This document shows, in pieces, positions 12,695 to 26,962 of a DNA stretch of 64,000 bases; positions within the stretch are counted from its first letter, which is position 1; every line of letters begins with the position of its first letter. This stretch comes from Octopus sinensis (lineage: Eukaryota), in contig NC_043000.1 of the NCBI RefSeq assembly GCF_006345805.1, forward strand, positions 47,058,001 to 47,122,000, given 5' to 3'. Position numbers and translations under genes: made by a program. The notes beneath the pieces are model-generated. The model was not told where the DNA came from, ran no database searches, and saw nothing but the letters and a program-made list of their open reading frames with translations.

Positions 12695-13698
12695 TTGGGT
12701 TGTCCGGAAAGTTCGTGCCGATTTATGTAGCTTACATTTCGACTTATTTTAGAACATAGTTGAGTCCATAAAATAGGATTTGACTACACCTCCATTTAGA
12801 GCAGAGTTTAAGCTATCTTTTCGTGGAATAAGATTTATGTTCCTATAACCTGTGTTAATTTTGTAACCCTTTAAATTGGAAAATAAGAAAGTTCACTTTC
12901 GACAATTGATGCTTTGGGAACCAGAGAAAAATTGCTGCAGCTCGGCTGTGATGTGTTACACCCCCCCCCATATTCACCAGATGTTGCTCCTTCGGATTTC
13001 CACTTATGCAGGTCTCTGGAGAATAGTTTTAATGGTAAAAATTTCAATTCCTTGGATGACGTAAAAAGATACCTTGATGAATTATTTGCCATGAAACCAC
13101 CTCAATTCTGGGAAGAGGGTATTTTCAAGTTAAAGGAAAGATGAAGACACATTGTGCAACAAAAGGCGCAGGAGTGGCTATAGGCGCAGGAGTGGCTGTG
13201 TGGTAAGTAGCTTGTTTACCAACCACATGGTTCTGGGTTCAGTCCCACTGCGTGGCACCTTGGGCAAGTGTCTTCTACTATAGCCTCGGGCCGACCAAAG
13301 CCTTGTGAATGGATTTGGTAGACGGAAACTGAAAGAAGCCCGTCGTATGTATGTATACATATATATATATATATATGTGTGTGCGTGTGTGTTTGTGTGT
13401 CTGTGTTTGTCCCCCTAGCATTGCTTGACAAGCGATGCTGGTGTGTTTATGTCCCCGTCACTTAGCGGTTCGGCAAAATAGACCGATAGAATAAGTACTG
13501 GGTTTACAAAGAATAAGTCCCGGAGTCGAGTTGCTCGATTAAAGGCGGTGCTCCAGCATGGCCGCAGTCAAATGACTGAAACAAGTAAAAGAGTAAAAGA
13601 GTAAAGAGTATATCTGGTTGATTAAAAATGTAACGGCAAGTATTTATTGACCTTTTTCTTTCCTTTAAAAATCGCAACGAACTTTCCAGACAACCCAA
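12695..13698 (+). mobile_element. Internally deleted mariner transposon with TIRs and TA TSD, interrupted by a SINE
   Basis: TIRs TTGGGTTGTCCGGAAAGTTCG / CGAACTTTCCAGACAACCCAA; TA at 12693-12694 and 13699-13700; transposase C-terminus HPPPYSPDVAPSDFHL. Confidence 0.92.
13165..13609 (+). mobile_element. tRNA-derived SINE family B (internal microsatellite, AGAGTAAA tail)
   Basis: A-box TGGCTGTGTGG, B-box GGTTCAGTCCC, TTGGGCAAGTGTCTT domain; homologs at 42079, 46062, 57950. Confidence 0.9.
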
Positions 13699-13734
13699 TA
13701 TTTTGCTGTAAAACATTTTCGGCAATGAACTTCT

Positions 13735-13960
13735 TTCTTTGTAAAACTGAGAAACTCTCGAAATACAATGATCTAGAAATAGATATAACCAGAATGTGGG
13801 GCTTAAAGATAGAAATAATCCCGAAAATAATAGGTGCATTGGACATGGTTAAAAAAGAAGAGAGACAAATACAATACCAAAACATCAAGACTTAGGAATA
13901 ATATATTTATGCAGAAAAAATAGTATTAAAACAGACCACACCACACACCTTAGGAACACA
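13735..13960 (+). mobile_element. R4/Dong-like RLE LINE 3' fragment
   Basis: KTEKLSKYNDLEIDITRMWGLKIEIIPKIIGALDMVKK matches the C-terminus of the 61.6-kb element (KYKDLLIEIEKMWHLKAVTIPVIVGALGMIKK). Confidence 0.8.
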
Positions 13961-14082
13961 GAGCTGCGCACGGCAGTACAGTGCAAGCAAATAATAAAAA
14001 TATAACTACCGAATGGTAGTAATTTTATAATCTAGGCAAAATGCCCCAATTTTTTTTGGGTGGTGGTGGTGGTGGTGGGGGG

Positions 14083-14437
14083 GCAGTTGATTAGATCAAC
14101 TCCAGTGTGTAACTGGTACTTAATTTATCGACCCCGAAAGGATAAACGGCAAAGTCGACCTCGGCGGAATTTGAACTCAGAACATAAAGACACACGAAAT
14201 ACCTATTTCTTTATTACCCACAAGGGGCTAAACACAGAGGGGACAAACAAGGACAGACATGGGTATTAAGTCGATTACATCGACCCCAATGCGTAACTGG
14301 TACTTAATTTATCGACCCCGAAAGGATGAAAGGCAAAGTCGACCTCGGCGGAATTTGAACTCAGAACATAAAGACACACGAAATACCGCTAAGCATTTCG
14401 CCCGGCGTGCTAACGTTTCTGCCAGCTCGCTGCCTTC
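14083..14437 (-). mobile_element. tRNA-derived SINE family A, head plus duplicated 184-bp body
   Basis: GGCAGCGAGCTGGCAGAAACGTTAGC head; GTCGACTTTGCCTTTCATCCTTTCGGGGTCGAT domain twice. Confidence 0.92.
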
Positions 14438-14442
14438 GAAAA

Positions 14443-14592
<150 letters not shown>

Positions 14593-14949
14593 TGAATGAA
14601 TATTGTTACAAGTCACACTATGGTAATCGATTTTCTCGAATCATTAAGAACCAGCCAAAACTCTGCCATAAGAGAGGAGGAAAATAATGTAACTAAATCT
14701 TTGTGACCATCACTAGACTTTTGTATATCTCCACATGTTACTGATTCGACATATTTTAAAATATATTAAAACTTCACTTCGTAAAATTTCTCCCTGTTTT
14801 TCTAAGCTGTTGCTAAGGGACAGTCCATTCTTAAGAAATAGCCAACTGCTCTCTCCTTATATGTTATCGATTATTTTGCTTCAGAGCTCATGGTTAATGT
14901 GATGTTAATTACAGGACTATAAATACTTTCCTATACACAGCTGTCATTA

Positions 14950-16760
14950 TTCTTTTACTCTTGAAGAACACCTAGGAGAAACCTACATGGCACGCGCTAA
15001 TGAAATTACTAAACGGAAGCAACCCAAATGGAAAATTAGACTTGAAAAAAGCATCAACTACCTGTATTGCCATCTAGGTTAGTCAATCACGATAATGAAA
15101 TGTAAGGGGAATAATGTGTTTATACCTCACCAATTACTTCTTGTGCAAAAAGTAACAATATACTGCAATGACTTTTCATGCATGGATCTTAAGAGAAAGC
15201 TAAAATACTTTATAGCGCGAATTCAAAACGCTGGGCGAAAATATTGTCACTGTGGAAAAATATCCGAGCGAGCCAGTTTGAATCAAGTTTTCTTACAATA
15301 CACAGGCATTGGAGATAGGGAAGAAAAAAAGTTACCATTAGAAAGCCCCTACCCAGAAAGATCTTCTGTCATTCTGGTCTAAAATCTGGGACGTTAAGAG
15401 AGATTTCAAGCTGAAGACATCGTGGGCAAAACAGAAAAGATAAAAATACTGTACAAATATCGACAGTAAAACATACACAATTAAAACTGAAACTTTCCCC
15501 ATAGCTGAAGGCAAGCTACATACTGGGAAGGCACTTGGAAGAGATCTGGTAGTCGGACACCTGACCCGCAGAAAATTTATAATATGAATATTCAAAATAA
15601 CGACTGTAGGCCAGAATGACTTACCAAATTGGTCAGCTAAAGACCTGACGAATGTTGTGGCCAGAAGATTGTGTACAGTCTTTACATGAGCAGTCTCTGC
15701 CTTTTCCTTCAGGATCATAGTGAATCCAACAACGCAGTGACTGATGAGCAAACAGGTTGAGAGAAGTGCGTGGGGATGTGCCGACTAACATTTTGATAAA
15801 CTAAGCTGTGCTGTCCAGAGTAATAAAATACCTCAGAAACCTTGCAACAGCATGGCTTGATTACAGGATACATTCGTTTCTATCCTCTACTCCTGGTTGC
15901 TGAATCCCTACACTTGGCAAAAGTAATTGCCACATTAGTAAATCGTTTGGGAGGCTTACGAAGACCTAGGAAACAATCTTTACATTTAAAACTGAGAGCG
16001 GAACGATTGCATCCGATGCTATAAATATTTCAAAGGGAATATTCCAAGGAGATAGTCTTACTAAAATTCTGTTTATTTTGACATCAAATTCGTTATCATT
16101 TCTTTTACAAAATTCCAGTGGCTGAATGCTGGGTCTGCATCCGCTAGAGAAACCAATGTAATTGATAATTTCTTTCCGGATAACTTATGATTTATATCAA
16201 ACTTGTTAATGATACCAAAACAAATATCAGCTAGGGTTAATAACAGCATTTTCTGTTGACCGAGGAATGGAACTTGACTCAAAGATCTATTTGTATTTGA
16301 TGACTGAACATAGAAAATCAGTACCCAAGACATCGAGCTTATATCACCGATTTCTCTGCCTCTACTGTTCTACACAAAGACTACAACTGATGAGTAGTTA
16401 ACGATAAAAATATATCATATAAACGTCTATGAAGTGCAAACAACAGACTGGATATAATTGTTTAGAACAGACAAGAAAGGTATATACCGTCAGAGAGTTC
16501 AGCTGCCCTGCTGATATGAATATCTCTTCATATATCAACGGGGAAAGAGGATAACTATTGAGAACTGCTTTAAGAGTTTCATCTTTGAACTCCAGGAAAT
16601 AAATTCACATACAACCCAATAATAATAAATGCCCATGCTCCTGTTAGTAAATACCTAAGACATAATCTGGAAAAGTTAGAGATCTCACATCAAGAAACAA
16701 CCAGAAAATTTGTAAGCAGAAGAGTAAAAATGTGCAAGAATTTTCTCAAATTAACGTGAA
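14950..16760 (+). mobile_element. Old, highly degenerate R4/Dong-like RLE LINE with internal deletion
   Basis: Remnant motifs PKWKIRLEK, FWSKIW, DEQTG, RNLATAWLDY, INISKGIFQGDSL, EFSCPADMNI. Confidence 0.78.
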
Positions 16761-17140
16761 AAATTTCAACGGGTGAGCTTTATATTTATATTTATGTTAG
16801 AAACATGCACCTTTGATACTGTAAGAATTCAATTCGTTAAAAGCACAAAAGAACACACGTACATATATGCATACATATAGTTATATATGAGGATGGTGTT
16901 CGAATCCAGCGATTTGCGTTTTGCCTAACGTACTCAAGTAGGCGAGAAACTCAGTATAACAACTAAGTGACATGCAGTATTTAAATGAGAAAGTATGCAT
17001 TGTTCTTAATGAGACTGGATCAACTATATCGAAATTAAGATTCTTTGGTTAAAGAGTCGCATATTTTCTGTATAATTTATATCACCAACATTTTATAAAA
17101 GGCTTATATTTATGTGTGTATTTTTGTATTTATGTATACG

Positions 17141-17188
<48 letters not shown>

Positions 17189-18035
17189 CTCTCTCTCTCC
17201 CTCTCTCACATATAATAACTATATAATATATCATAATAGCAATATATATAATCCGAATTATATGTAAACAATTGACTGAAAAATGACGAGCTAACTCTAA
17301 CCAGAATCGAACCCACAAATCAACGCTTACACGGCTCGTTGCGCATCCGATTATTATATAATCCCTCCCTTCTTTAAACTCCTCAATGATAAGTAGTACT
17401 GTACTATTAATACCAGCTTTTCACTCTCCAAGCAAACATGTCCTAATATTACAAGTGGTCCCCACTAATCTATTTACATTTTCTAGTCTAAAACAACACA
17501 CTACATCTTTCCTCTTCATGCTTAACATTACAGTCCTATAGAAGATATTATGCTATTGCCTTTGTATCCTCCCCGAACTTTCAACCAATGTCCACAGAAT
17601 ACCCATAAATTCTATGTATCTCTGCCCTCCTCCCTTTGTCCTTTAATCTTTGCTAGCGAATCCTAAACCCCAACCCTATGCGTAATTGGCTTGTATGCTT
17701 TTATTTTTCTTCGCTCTTACTTTTGCTTTCTTTATTCTTTCTTTCTTTATCCTTAATTTATAACAGATCCCCTGCTGGCTACCCACTGCTCTAAGCCTAC
17801 TTAAATAAAATATCACCTACAGCCCACTTCAACCTACCTGAGAACCAGTTTAGCAGACTTCTATCTCACCCAGGTTGCTGACCTTAGATATCATATTACA
17901 GACTTTCATGAACTATAGTCTTAACTTCAACGGTCAACTTTGTCGGTCATTCTCCCATTTCTTAGTTGGTCTCGACGGACTTCAGCCACATCCCTGCTGT
18001 AGTCTTGAGATAGTGTTTTGTTTGTAAGGTTACGT

Positions 18036-18121
18036 TTCATCTGATGATTACGGTTTTTTGTAATGGAGTAATGCTGTCAGTCTTCTATTTAAAAAGATGC
18101 GTAAGAAACAGTTGTAATGAG
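18036..18121 (+). ncRNA. Type I hammerhead ribozyme with long stem II
   Basis: TTCAT-CTGATGA-TTACG...CGTAA-GAAA-C-AGTT-GTA-ATGAG: 5-bp stem I, 5-bp stem II, GUA cleavage triplet. Confidence 0.72.
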
Positions 18122-18399
18122 CTGACAATTATCCATCGTTTGTTATTATTTGATTATAATACACCAAGGAAATTTACGACTTGTCGGTACCCTAGAGTAT
18201 ACCAACAACGTACTATTCAACGTAACGTGTAGTTTAGACCAGCCTCATGGCGCTAAATAATCTTAGGCTTGGTTTTTCCCTGTGTACAGAACCGAAATAT
18301 CCTAGTTGATACTTACAACCATAGGCCGAAAGCACACATTGATCCAACCTTACCTGGGGCATATCTTTCTCAATATATATATATAGATAGATATATATA

Positions 18400-18720
18400 A
18401 TTTATTATATAGAAGGAGCTTCTACAGGACTAGAACTGTTTCATTCAAGAGAAATCTTCAGGAAGCTAGTTAACAAGAATTGTATTGGCATTTATACATT
18501 TAGGCAGGTTTAAAGGGGTGTTGGTGGGGGACTTTTTGGGGGTAGGCATAGCGCAAAATATCATACTTGGGGGAGTGGTCAAGGAGTCAGTGTTAAATTA
18601 GATAGAAGAATAAATAAAAAAAATAATAAAAAAATAAAAAAAAAAAAAATAAAAAAATAAAAAAATCTATATATAAAAAAAAGGGGAATAGAGTTTTAGG
18701 TAAATAAGGAGATTCTCACT
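18400..18720 (-). mobile_element. Penelope-like element 3' terminal-repeat remnant
   Basis: Carries the hammerhead at 18417-18467; assignment rests mainly on the ribozyme. Confidence 0.5.
18417..18467 (-). ncRNA. Type I hammerhead ribozyme
   Basis: Minus: AGCTTC-CTGAAGA-T-TTC-TCTT-GAA-T-GAAA-CAG-TTCTAGTC-CTG-TA-GAAGCT; 6-bp stem I, 4-bp stem III, U.U at 10.1/11.1. Confidence 0.8.
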
Positions 18721-18724
18721 TATA

Positions 18725-19542
18725 CCTATGCACACATGTATACATACATACACACAATACAAACATATATACATATACATACACACATACATACACACAC
18801 ATATATTACATATATATACACTTACACATACACATTACATATACATATCTACACATACACATATATGTATACATACACACACTCACATGCATAACACGTA
18901 TACACACATGTATATATACACACACGACCACACATACATATACGCACAGAAAAATATATATACACATACACACACATACTCACACATACCGCATACCACA
19001 CATATCCACACAAAACACACTGCACCACAGCACACTAGTTCCTATACTACATATATACACATACACCACACATATAACACACATACATACATATACATAC
19101 ATGTAATATATATATATATATATGTGTGTACCTATGCATAACTACACATACACACATATATATACACATACAAATACAGACCCATTCCCTAATTAAATTT
19201 TATTATCTTCGTTTATTACTTTTGTTATCTTTGGCCGCTTGGTCACAAACATCTTGGCTATGACAGCCAGTCCATTTATCTGTCTACTGGAAAACAAGCA
19301 CTCATTCACTCACGCACACTCTTTAGCACGTACACTCACTCATTCGTACACTCATACACATACACGCACGCACGCGTTATATTCATACATACATACATCT
19401 ACATACATTCACGTATATACACATACGTACGCGTACCTACAGATTCATGTCTACACTCTTAGAAGGCTAGTCTATATATATACACCAATAAAATAAATAC
19501 ACACATACATATACACCTACATACAAATACATACGTGTATAT

Positions 19543-19581
<39 letters not shown>

Positions 19582-19966
19582 CATATATATACACATATAT
19601 ATATATATATATATATACACCACATACGCATACACACACATATACATATATATTACACTACACGCACATACACATGTACATACGTACCCATACACACACA
19701 CACACACGCGCGCATCCATATATCACATAAGTACACACATGCGTAAAAGTATATATATATCTATGCTTACACATACACGCACACACACGCGCCTCCTTAT
19801 ATTCATACTTACATGCATACTCAAAAAATAAGTAATAGTAAAATATATATACGCGCAGTTATTCGTACATGCATACTCAAAAAATAAATAATAAATATTA
19901 AGTAATATGTACGTGCAGTTACCTATTATATAGACGGATACATACATATAAACTTACACCACACAC

Positions 19967-20014
<48 letters not shown>

Positions 20015-20488
20015 TATAATACATATATACACATACACATACACATACCACATACATACATATATATATATACACACACACATACACATACATATATACA
20101 TATATATACATACTTACACACATGTACATATAACACACATAAATCTAACTCTACGTAACCTACATATCATACACACGAGCGTACGCGTATATGTACATAT
20201 ACACATACACATACACACGCATATATATACATACATACATACACATACACACATGTATACACACACACATATATACACATATATATACATACACATATAC
20301 ATACATATATTACATATACATATATATATACACATATACATATACATATACACATACACACATTATACATGTGTGCAAACATACATCATTCTCATACAAG
20401 CACACCACTTACATTTACATATATACACACACTTACACACATATACATACACATATATACATACATACATACATACGTATATGCATAC

Positions 20489-20521
<33 letters not shown>

Positions 20522-20615
20522 CATACATACATACACATACACATACCCATACATATATATACACACATAACATATACACATGCACATACTTATATCTCTA
20601 CATACTCGCATATAC

Positions 20616-20650
<35 letters not shown>

Positions 20651-20770
20651 CATATACACACACATACATATACCTATATACATGTATATATACACATACA
20701 TATATATACACATCTACAATTTGTATCTACACAGATAGATATATATATATAGATATATATATACGTATGT
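18725..20770. repeat. Large degenerate (CA)/(TA)/(TACA) low-complexity field
   Basis: Direct; source of the His/Thr/Tyr/Ile ORFs. Confidence 0.95.
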
Positions 20771-20778
20771 TGAGATAA

Positions 20779-21192
20779 GGCGGCGAGCTAGCAGGATCTT
20801 TTGCACGCCGGGCGAAATGCTTAGCGGTATTTTGTCTGCCGTTACGTACTAAGTTCAAATTCCGCCGAAGTCGACTTTGCCCTTCATCCTTTCGGGGTCG
20901 ATTAAATAAGTACCAGTTACGTACTGGGGTCGATATAATCGACTTAATCCGTTTGTCTGTCCTTGATTGTCCCCTCTGTGTTTAGCCCCTTGTGGGTAGT
21001 AAAGAAATAGGTATTTCATCTGCCACTACGTTCTGAGTTCAAATTCTGCCGAGGTCGACTTTGCCTTTCATCCTTTCGGGGGCGATTAAATAAGTACCAG
21101 TTACGTACTGGGTTCGATATAATCGACTTAACATGTTTGTCTGTCCTTGATTGTCCCCTCTGTGTTTAGCCCCTTGTGGGCAATAAAGAAAT
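20779..21192 (+). mobile_element. SINE family A, head plus duplicated 184-bp body
   Basis: GGTATTT unit starts at 20826 and 21010. Confidence 0.92.
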
Positions 21193-23116
21193 GTTTATAC
21201 ATACATTGAGACATACATACATACATACATGTGTGTACATACAAACACACATAAATAAATATATATGTACGTGATATTCACTGAAATTTAAACAGAACAA
21301 CAAATAAAAGGTTACTAATTATGGTATGCATTGGTAAAAAAATGTAATATTTGAACATACAATAGATGATATACTGCAATGAGAGTAATGATGTTTAAGG
21401 CAAAGCACTTCGTCAGAGCAAAGAGAAAGAGAAAAAAAATTCTTCTAAACGATTGAACGGTAGCACTGCGCTTTGAATAAGGCATGGGTGTAAAGAAAAG
21501 AAAAAGAAAAGTAAAGATTGAAGGAAAGTGTAAGCACACAAAAAGAGTGTTAAAACGAAGTCAGTCTTTATAATTCATTAACGTCTTTCCTTCCCCATTC
21601 GTTTTTGACTTCATTATTGTAACTACTGACAGCATATTTTCAACGCAATGTCCTTTCTTGCACTCTCATCTTTATCTTTTTGCTCCTAGCACTGCAGGCT
21701 GAGTAAAGAGAGCATGAATACTTTTGACTGAGTTACTGAAGTTAAACCAGACGCAACAAAAATGTAGCCTTTCATTCGTAGAACCACCCCCTAGCAACTA
21801 TCTTTGTAAACTCCGAAACTATTCTCGAGAATATATGTATAAACCTCCGAACGTACGTATGCGTGCATGTATGTATGTATGTATGTATGTATGTATGTAT
21901 GTATGTATGTATGTATGTATGTATATGTATGTATTAATATGTATGTACATATATATGTATGCCTGCATGTATGTGTAAGTATGTGTGTCTATGAAATATA
22001 AGTGTATAAATTGTATATCAGTATACACACACATATACATGCACACACACTCCCGCACATATATATATATAAACCGATATGCATATATTCATAAATATAT
22101 GCATATATAGATAACTACACACATATATATGTATATAAATATATACACGTTTGTGTATATATCTATATGTGTGCATATATGTAAATGTATATGCATCTAA
22201 AAACACATATATATACATGTATTACATATATATATATATGTGTGTATGTGGGTGTGTGTGTGTGTGTGTGTACCCAGGCACTCACACACACGTTTCATAT
22301 TTTACAACTTTTTTTCAGTTTCCATATTATTTATAGAAACCAGTTACTTTTTCACGATGTCAATATCGGTATTGGCACATCTTCAAGATAAATTAGCAAT
22401 CCTCCACCTGTTTTATTTACTTTTATTTTCATCTATCACCTGCTGGCTATTTAAATATGACTATCATATTTTTTATTCATTTATATTTTTTTATATTTTT
22501 TTTTATCTTTCATATTTTTTTTTCTGGTGCTGGAGTGTTTGCGGAAATGTTTCTCTCTATTTAATGTAACGCTGAGCACTTATGTCATACAATAGAATAG
22601 GTTCCGATGTTGTTGTCTATAAAGGTTTGTTGCTTGACATTTATGGAAAGTACAAGAAGAGTGGAGGTAGAATATGAATATATCATATTGGCTTTAGGAT
22701 AATCTCTTATGAAATTATGTATTTATTCATATATTCACACACACACTTCCTTACGCATATATACCTGTATATGTATGTATGAAGGCATATCTATCTGTCT
22801 ATTTATATATGTATGTAAATATGGATGGACACATTGATACATCATATATAAATACAAATACTTAGAATTATACTTAGACTCGGGTATGAGCTTTGCTCGA
22901 TGATGTATAAAGCACGTCCACAGTTGTTGGCTATCTGATATCAACGTCGGTAGTAATGATTATGCTACCGGATTTACTCGAGAATTCCTTGGTGTCTGTT
23001 GAGTTTATACAAATAGATCAGACACAGAAAATGGAATTCAGGAGATTCTTTATTTCATTTTCTGTTTCAGATCTATGAAATACAAATATAAATGTTCACG
23101 AAAAGATTGACATGAG

Positions 23117-23762
<646 letters not shown>

Positions 23763-23873
23763 ATAAGCCACGTAGTTATATACACATACTTTGTTATATA
23801 CACATTCTTAAAAGAAAATGTTATTTTGAACACAACATTTACAAAGAATAAAATATTTTTTGGTTTTTCTTAA

Positions 23874-24996
23874 CCCTTTCGTTACTATATTTCTGACCAA
23901 AATACACCCCTTATGTGTTTCAATTAATTTCTAACGTAATCATAAATTTAGTCTGGTTTCATTAAACAACTATAACATTTTTATTTATGAATATATTAAT
24001 CTGATTTTTGGAAGATAATTTAGTGAAATGTTCTCAACCAATTCTATACTATAATTTTTGTCACAAAGTGACTCTAATTGCAGGTAGATACAGGTAAATT
24101 CAACAATATATAAAATTATTAAAATTTTGTTCAAACATCGCTATAGAAAATGGGTTATTAGCTAATTTTCAATTGGGTATACAACAAAATTTTACGATAG
24201 AATTTGTTATTCTGGGTAACTTTCTGATACCCATAATAATATTTATGGCAAAATAGGCCTTAATTTCATTTAAAGTTGTGGGAAATAACAAACTATCCTT
24301 TCTTTCGCTTTGTTTACGTTTAGCGTAACGGTTCGTTTCCGCCGTAATGATTTCAAATAGGCTCATTCGAAAAAGTAAATAGAAATAGTCTAAGGCTTTA
24401 CTCTTCTGGGAAAGTCTGTGGCTTGGTCCAGTTTCTTCAGAAAAATCACCGAAAGAAACAGTTTTTGAATTTTCACTCCATTCAGGTGCCAATTCATTTT
24501 CTTTATCTCGGATTCACTGTTTTCACTTTCGGAAAATGAAACATCAGATTCATTATCAAATAGCACATGCTTTTTTTTTTCAGTCATAGAGCTAGATTTA
24601 TGAAGGTCTTCAGTAGAAAATCCTTCGAATTCTGACATATATAAGTGTCGTCTGTTTATACATAAACACTGTTTCATACTGCAATTATATATACATATAT
24701 CTATATATAATATTATATAATAAAATATATACAGAGTAAAATAAAAACCAATTTACCTTTTCTGTATTGTTATAGCAATTCGACCGTCCGTGTGTCTTTG
24801 CAAATGTGTTGGAATGATAAGTGAGTTGTGTTTTGGCGCCTTTTTTACTAATAACAAACACACACGTGTTTGTATGTAGTTGTTTGAAACGTTTGTGTTT
24901 GTCACTGTCATATATGTATGTGTATGCGTGTGTGAGGAATGACACACACACACTCACGCACGCACACATGTACATCAATGCTTTCGGAGTGAAATG
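23874..24996 (-). mobile_element. piggyBac-like deletion derivative (transposase N-terminus)
   Basis: TTAA|CCCTTTCG end at 23870-23874; acidic N-terminus and YFYLLF..FEIITAETNRYA..PTTLNEIKAYFAINIIMGIRKLP; the other end (TTAA 24997-25000) is degenerate. Confidence 0.8.
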
Positions 24997-25656
24997 TTAA
25001 AATATTGAGTTTTCTCGAATTTTGTCTTAATTGGGGGTAAAATTGAAAGAAATTTTTTATGGCATCACCCAATGAAAGTACTTTGAAAAATCATGGGTAC
25101 ACTCTAATTGAAGAAATTGTGTGAGGAGTAAATCGTTATGTATTTATTTGTTTCTGTTTGCTGTTTTTTTTTTTTTTAGTAGTGGTTTAAGGTACATTTC
25201 TCTCGTTTTATCGAATTAGTTTCACTTTAATCGCTGCAAACTTGCAAAGAGAAAGTCGTAGAAATGAGAGTGATAGTGTGAGTGAATCAGATCGCTCCCT
25301 TTTTGTGTGTGTGTGTGTGCGTATGCTATAACCCACACTAAGAAAAGCACTTGACTCAGACACCACAATGTGAGTTTTCTCTAAATTTTGCTTAATTGGG
25401 GTTGAAAATTTAAAAACCGGACCTGGCACGACCCGATGCATTCTACTCTTAAAAATGCTAGGTAAATTGTAATTGAAGAAATCCTATATTGTAGATTTCT
25501 ATAAGATACAAAGGGAGGCAGATAAAATCTGCCTTTTATAATAAGAGATATATATATATGTATAGTGAGAGTTTACGAAAAAACAACAAAAGACGAAGAC
25601 AGGTGGTGTACAAAACAAACAGATGTATTAGTATAATGCTCAGGAATAGAAAAAGT

Positions 25657-25692
25657 CTTTTACGTTTCGAGCCTACGCTCTTCTACAGAAAG
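25657..25692 (-). ncRNA. Minimal hammerhead-like motif with variant core CUGUAGA
   Basis: Minus: CTTT-CTGTAGA-A-GAGC-GTAG-GCTC-GAAA-CGT-A-AAAG; lies in a repeat (25555-25790) with a second copy at 32715-32845. Confidence 0.65.
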
Positions 25693-26390
25693 GGACACAG
25701 AAAACAAGAAGAGAAACAAGGAGAGAAAAAAATGTGTGGAGTGGCTAACGATATACGTGTACACATATTTATATTCTGAATTACACTGAATGTAAATAGC
25801 CACAAATAACCATATATTGTTACCCTCTATAAGAGCTTCTCAAATACAGTATCAATTGCTTTAATTCCTCCAAATATGTATAGGTACAATTATACATCTA
25901 AATATATACATGTCAGTATACACACACAGACACACACGCACACGCACACACACATATACACATGTATACTACACATACACGTTTAAGAAATTGTTTTGCA
26001 AGATTCTTGATGGGAAATCGTGCATTGAAACAGATATTGTTATATTTCGGGACGGTCATTTTCCTTCTTGTCAAAGAAACACACGCACTATATATTCGTT
26101 CTTCACTCGTTTATTATTGTCTTTTATTTTATTTTATGTCCATTGTCAGGAAATCTTTCGTCACACACCTGTAAACTCTGCAAGTAGTGTCTATATTCTT
26201 CAGAACATTAGCGGGGAATCTATCAGGGCCTACAGCAGAATAGTATTTGATCTTATTGATTGCTGATGCTTGAAACAGTAATAGCTATGTCACACGCGCG
26301 CGCACACACATATATGATTCTAGGTAATTTGATTTGTGATCATTTCATTACCGCTAACTTCAATCCTAATATTAGAAAAAAAACGTTGAA

Positions 26391-26394
<4 letters not shown>

Positions 26395-26455
<61 letters not shown>

Positions 26456-26480
26456 CATTATTATTATTATTATTATTATT
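26395..26480. repeat. (TAT)n microsatellite at the LINE 3' end
   Basis: Direct. Confidence 0.95.
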
Positions 26481-26962
26481 GTCTTTGCACAGCTAATAAC
26501 GCTGGAGATGTATTACAGTGTTAGCTGTTCACTACCAGTAAACTAAGGTGACGCCTCTTCTTTTTCAAGCACCTTCCGAAGTATTCGATCGGTTCCAAGC
26601 AGTACTGTTTCCTGTATGTGCTCCACCATTATTGCAGCCCCTATTTGTTCTACGTAATTCTCGAGATTTTTGTTCACTGTTCCCAGGGCGCCGACAATTA
26701 CTGGTACTACTGCTACCTTTTTCTTCTACTACAACTGCTTAATTTCCCAGGTTAACCTGTCATATCTCTCGAATTTTCTTTCTTCCTTATCGCATACCTT
26801 GTTGTCAGCTGGGCATGCTATATCTATGATGCAGCATAGTTTGTTTTCTTTCTCAATTAAAACTATGTCCGGCTTCCTATTCTCTATTTCATGGTCGCAC
26901 TGAATCATAAAATCCCATAGGATCTTTGCATTTCCATTTTCGACGGTGCCTTCAGGTTTGTG
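26481..26962 (-). mobile_element. 5'-truncated R4/Dong-like RLE LINE ending in (AAT)n
   Basis: KILWDFMIQCDHEIENRKPDIVLIEK..CIIDIACPAD..VPVIVGALGTV..LLGTDRILRKVL. Confidence 0.9.

Noticed and set aside
17290-17350. tRNA-like GGTTCGATTC boxes here and near 16905 and 49020-49075
   Set aside because: No full cloverleaf; at best decayed SINE heads, not tRNA genes.
18728-20778. Long His/Thr/Tyr/Ile ORFs (up to 195 aa)
   Set aside because: Translations of CA/TA microsatellite; several overlapping frames are open for the same reason.
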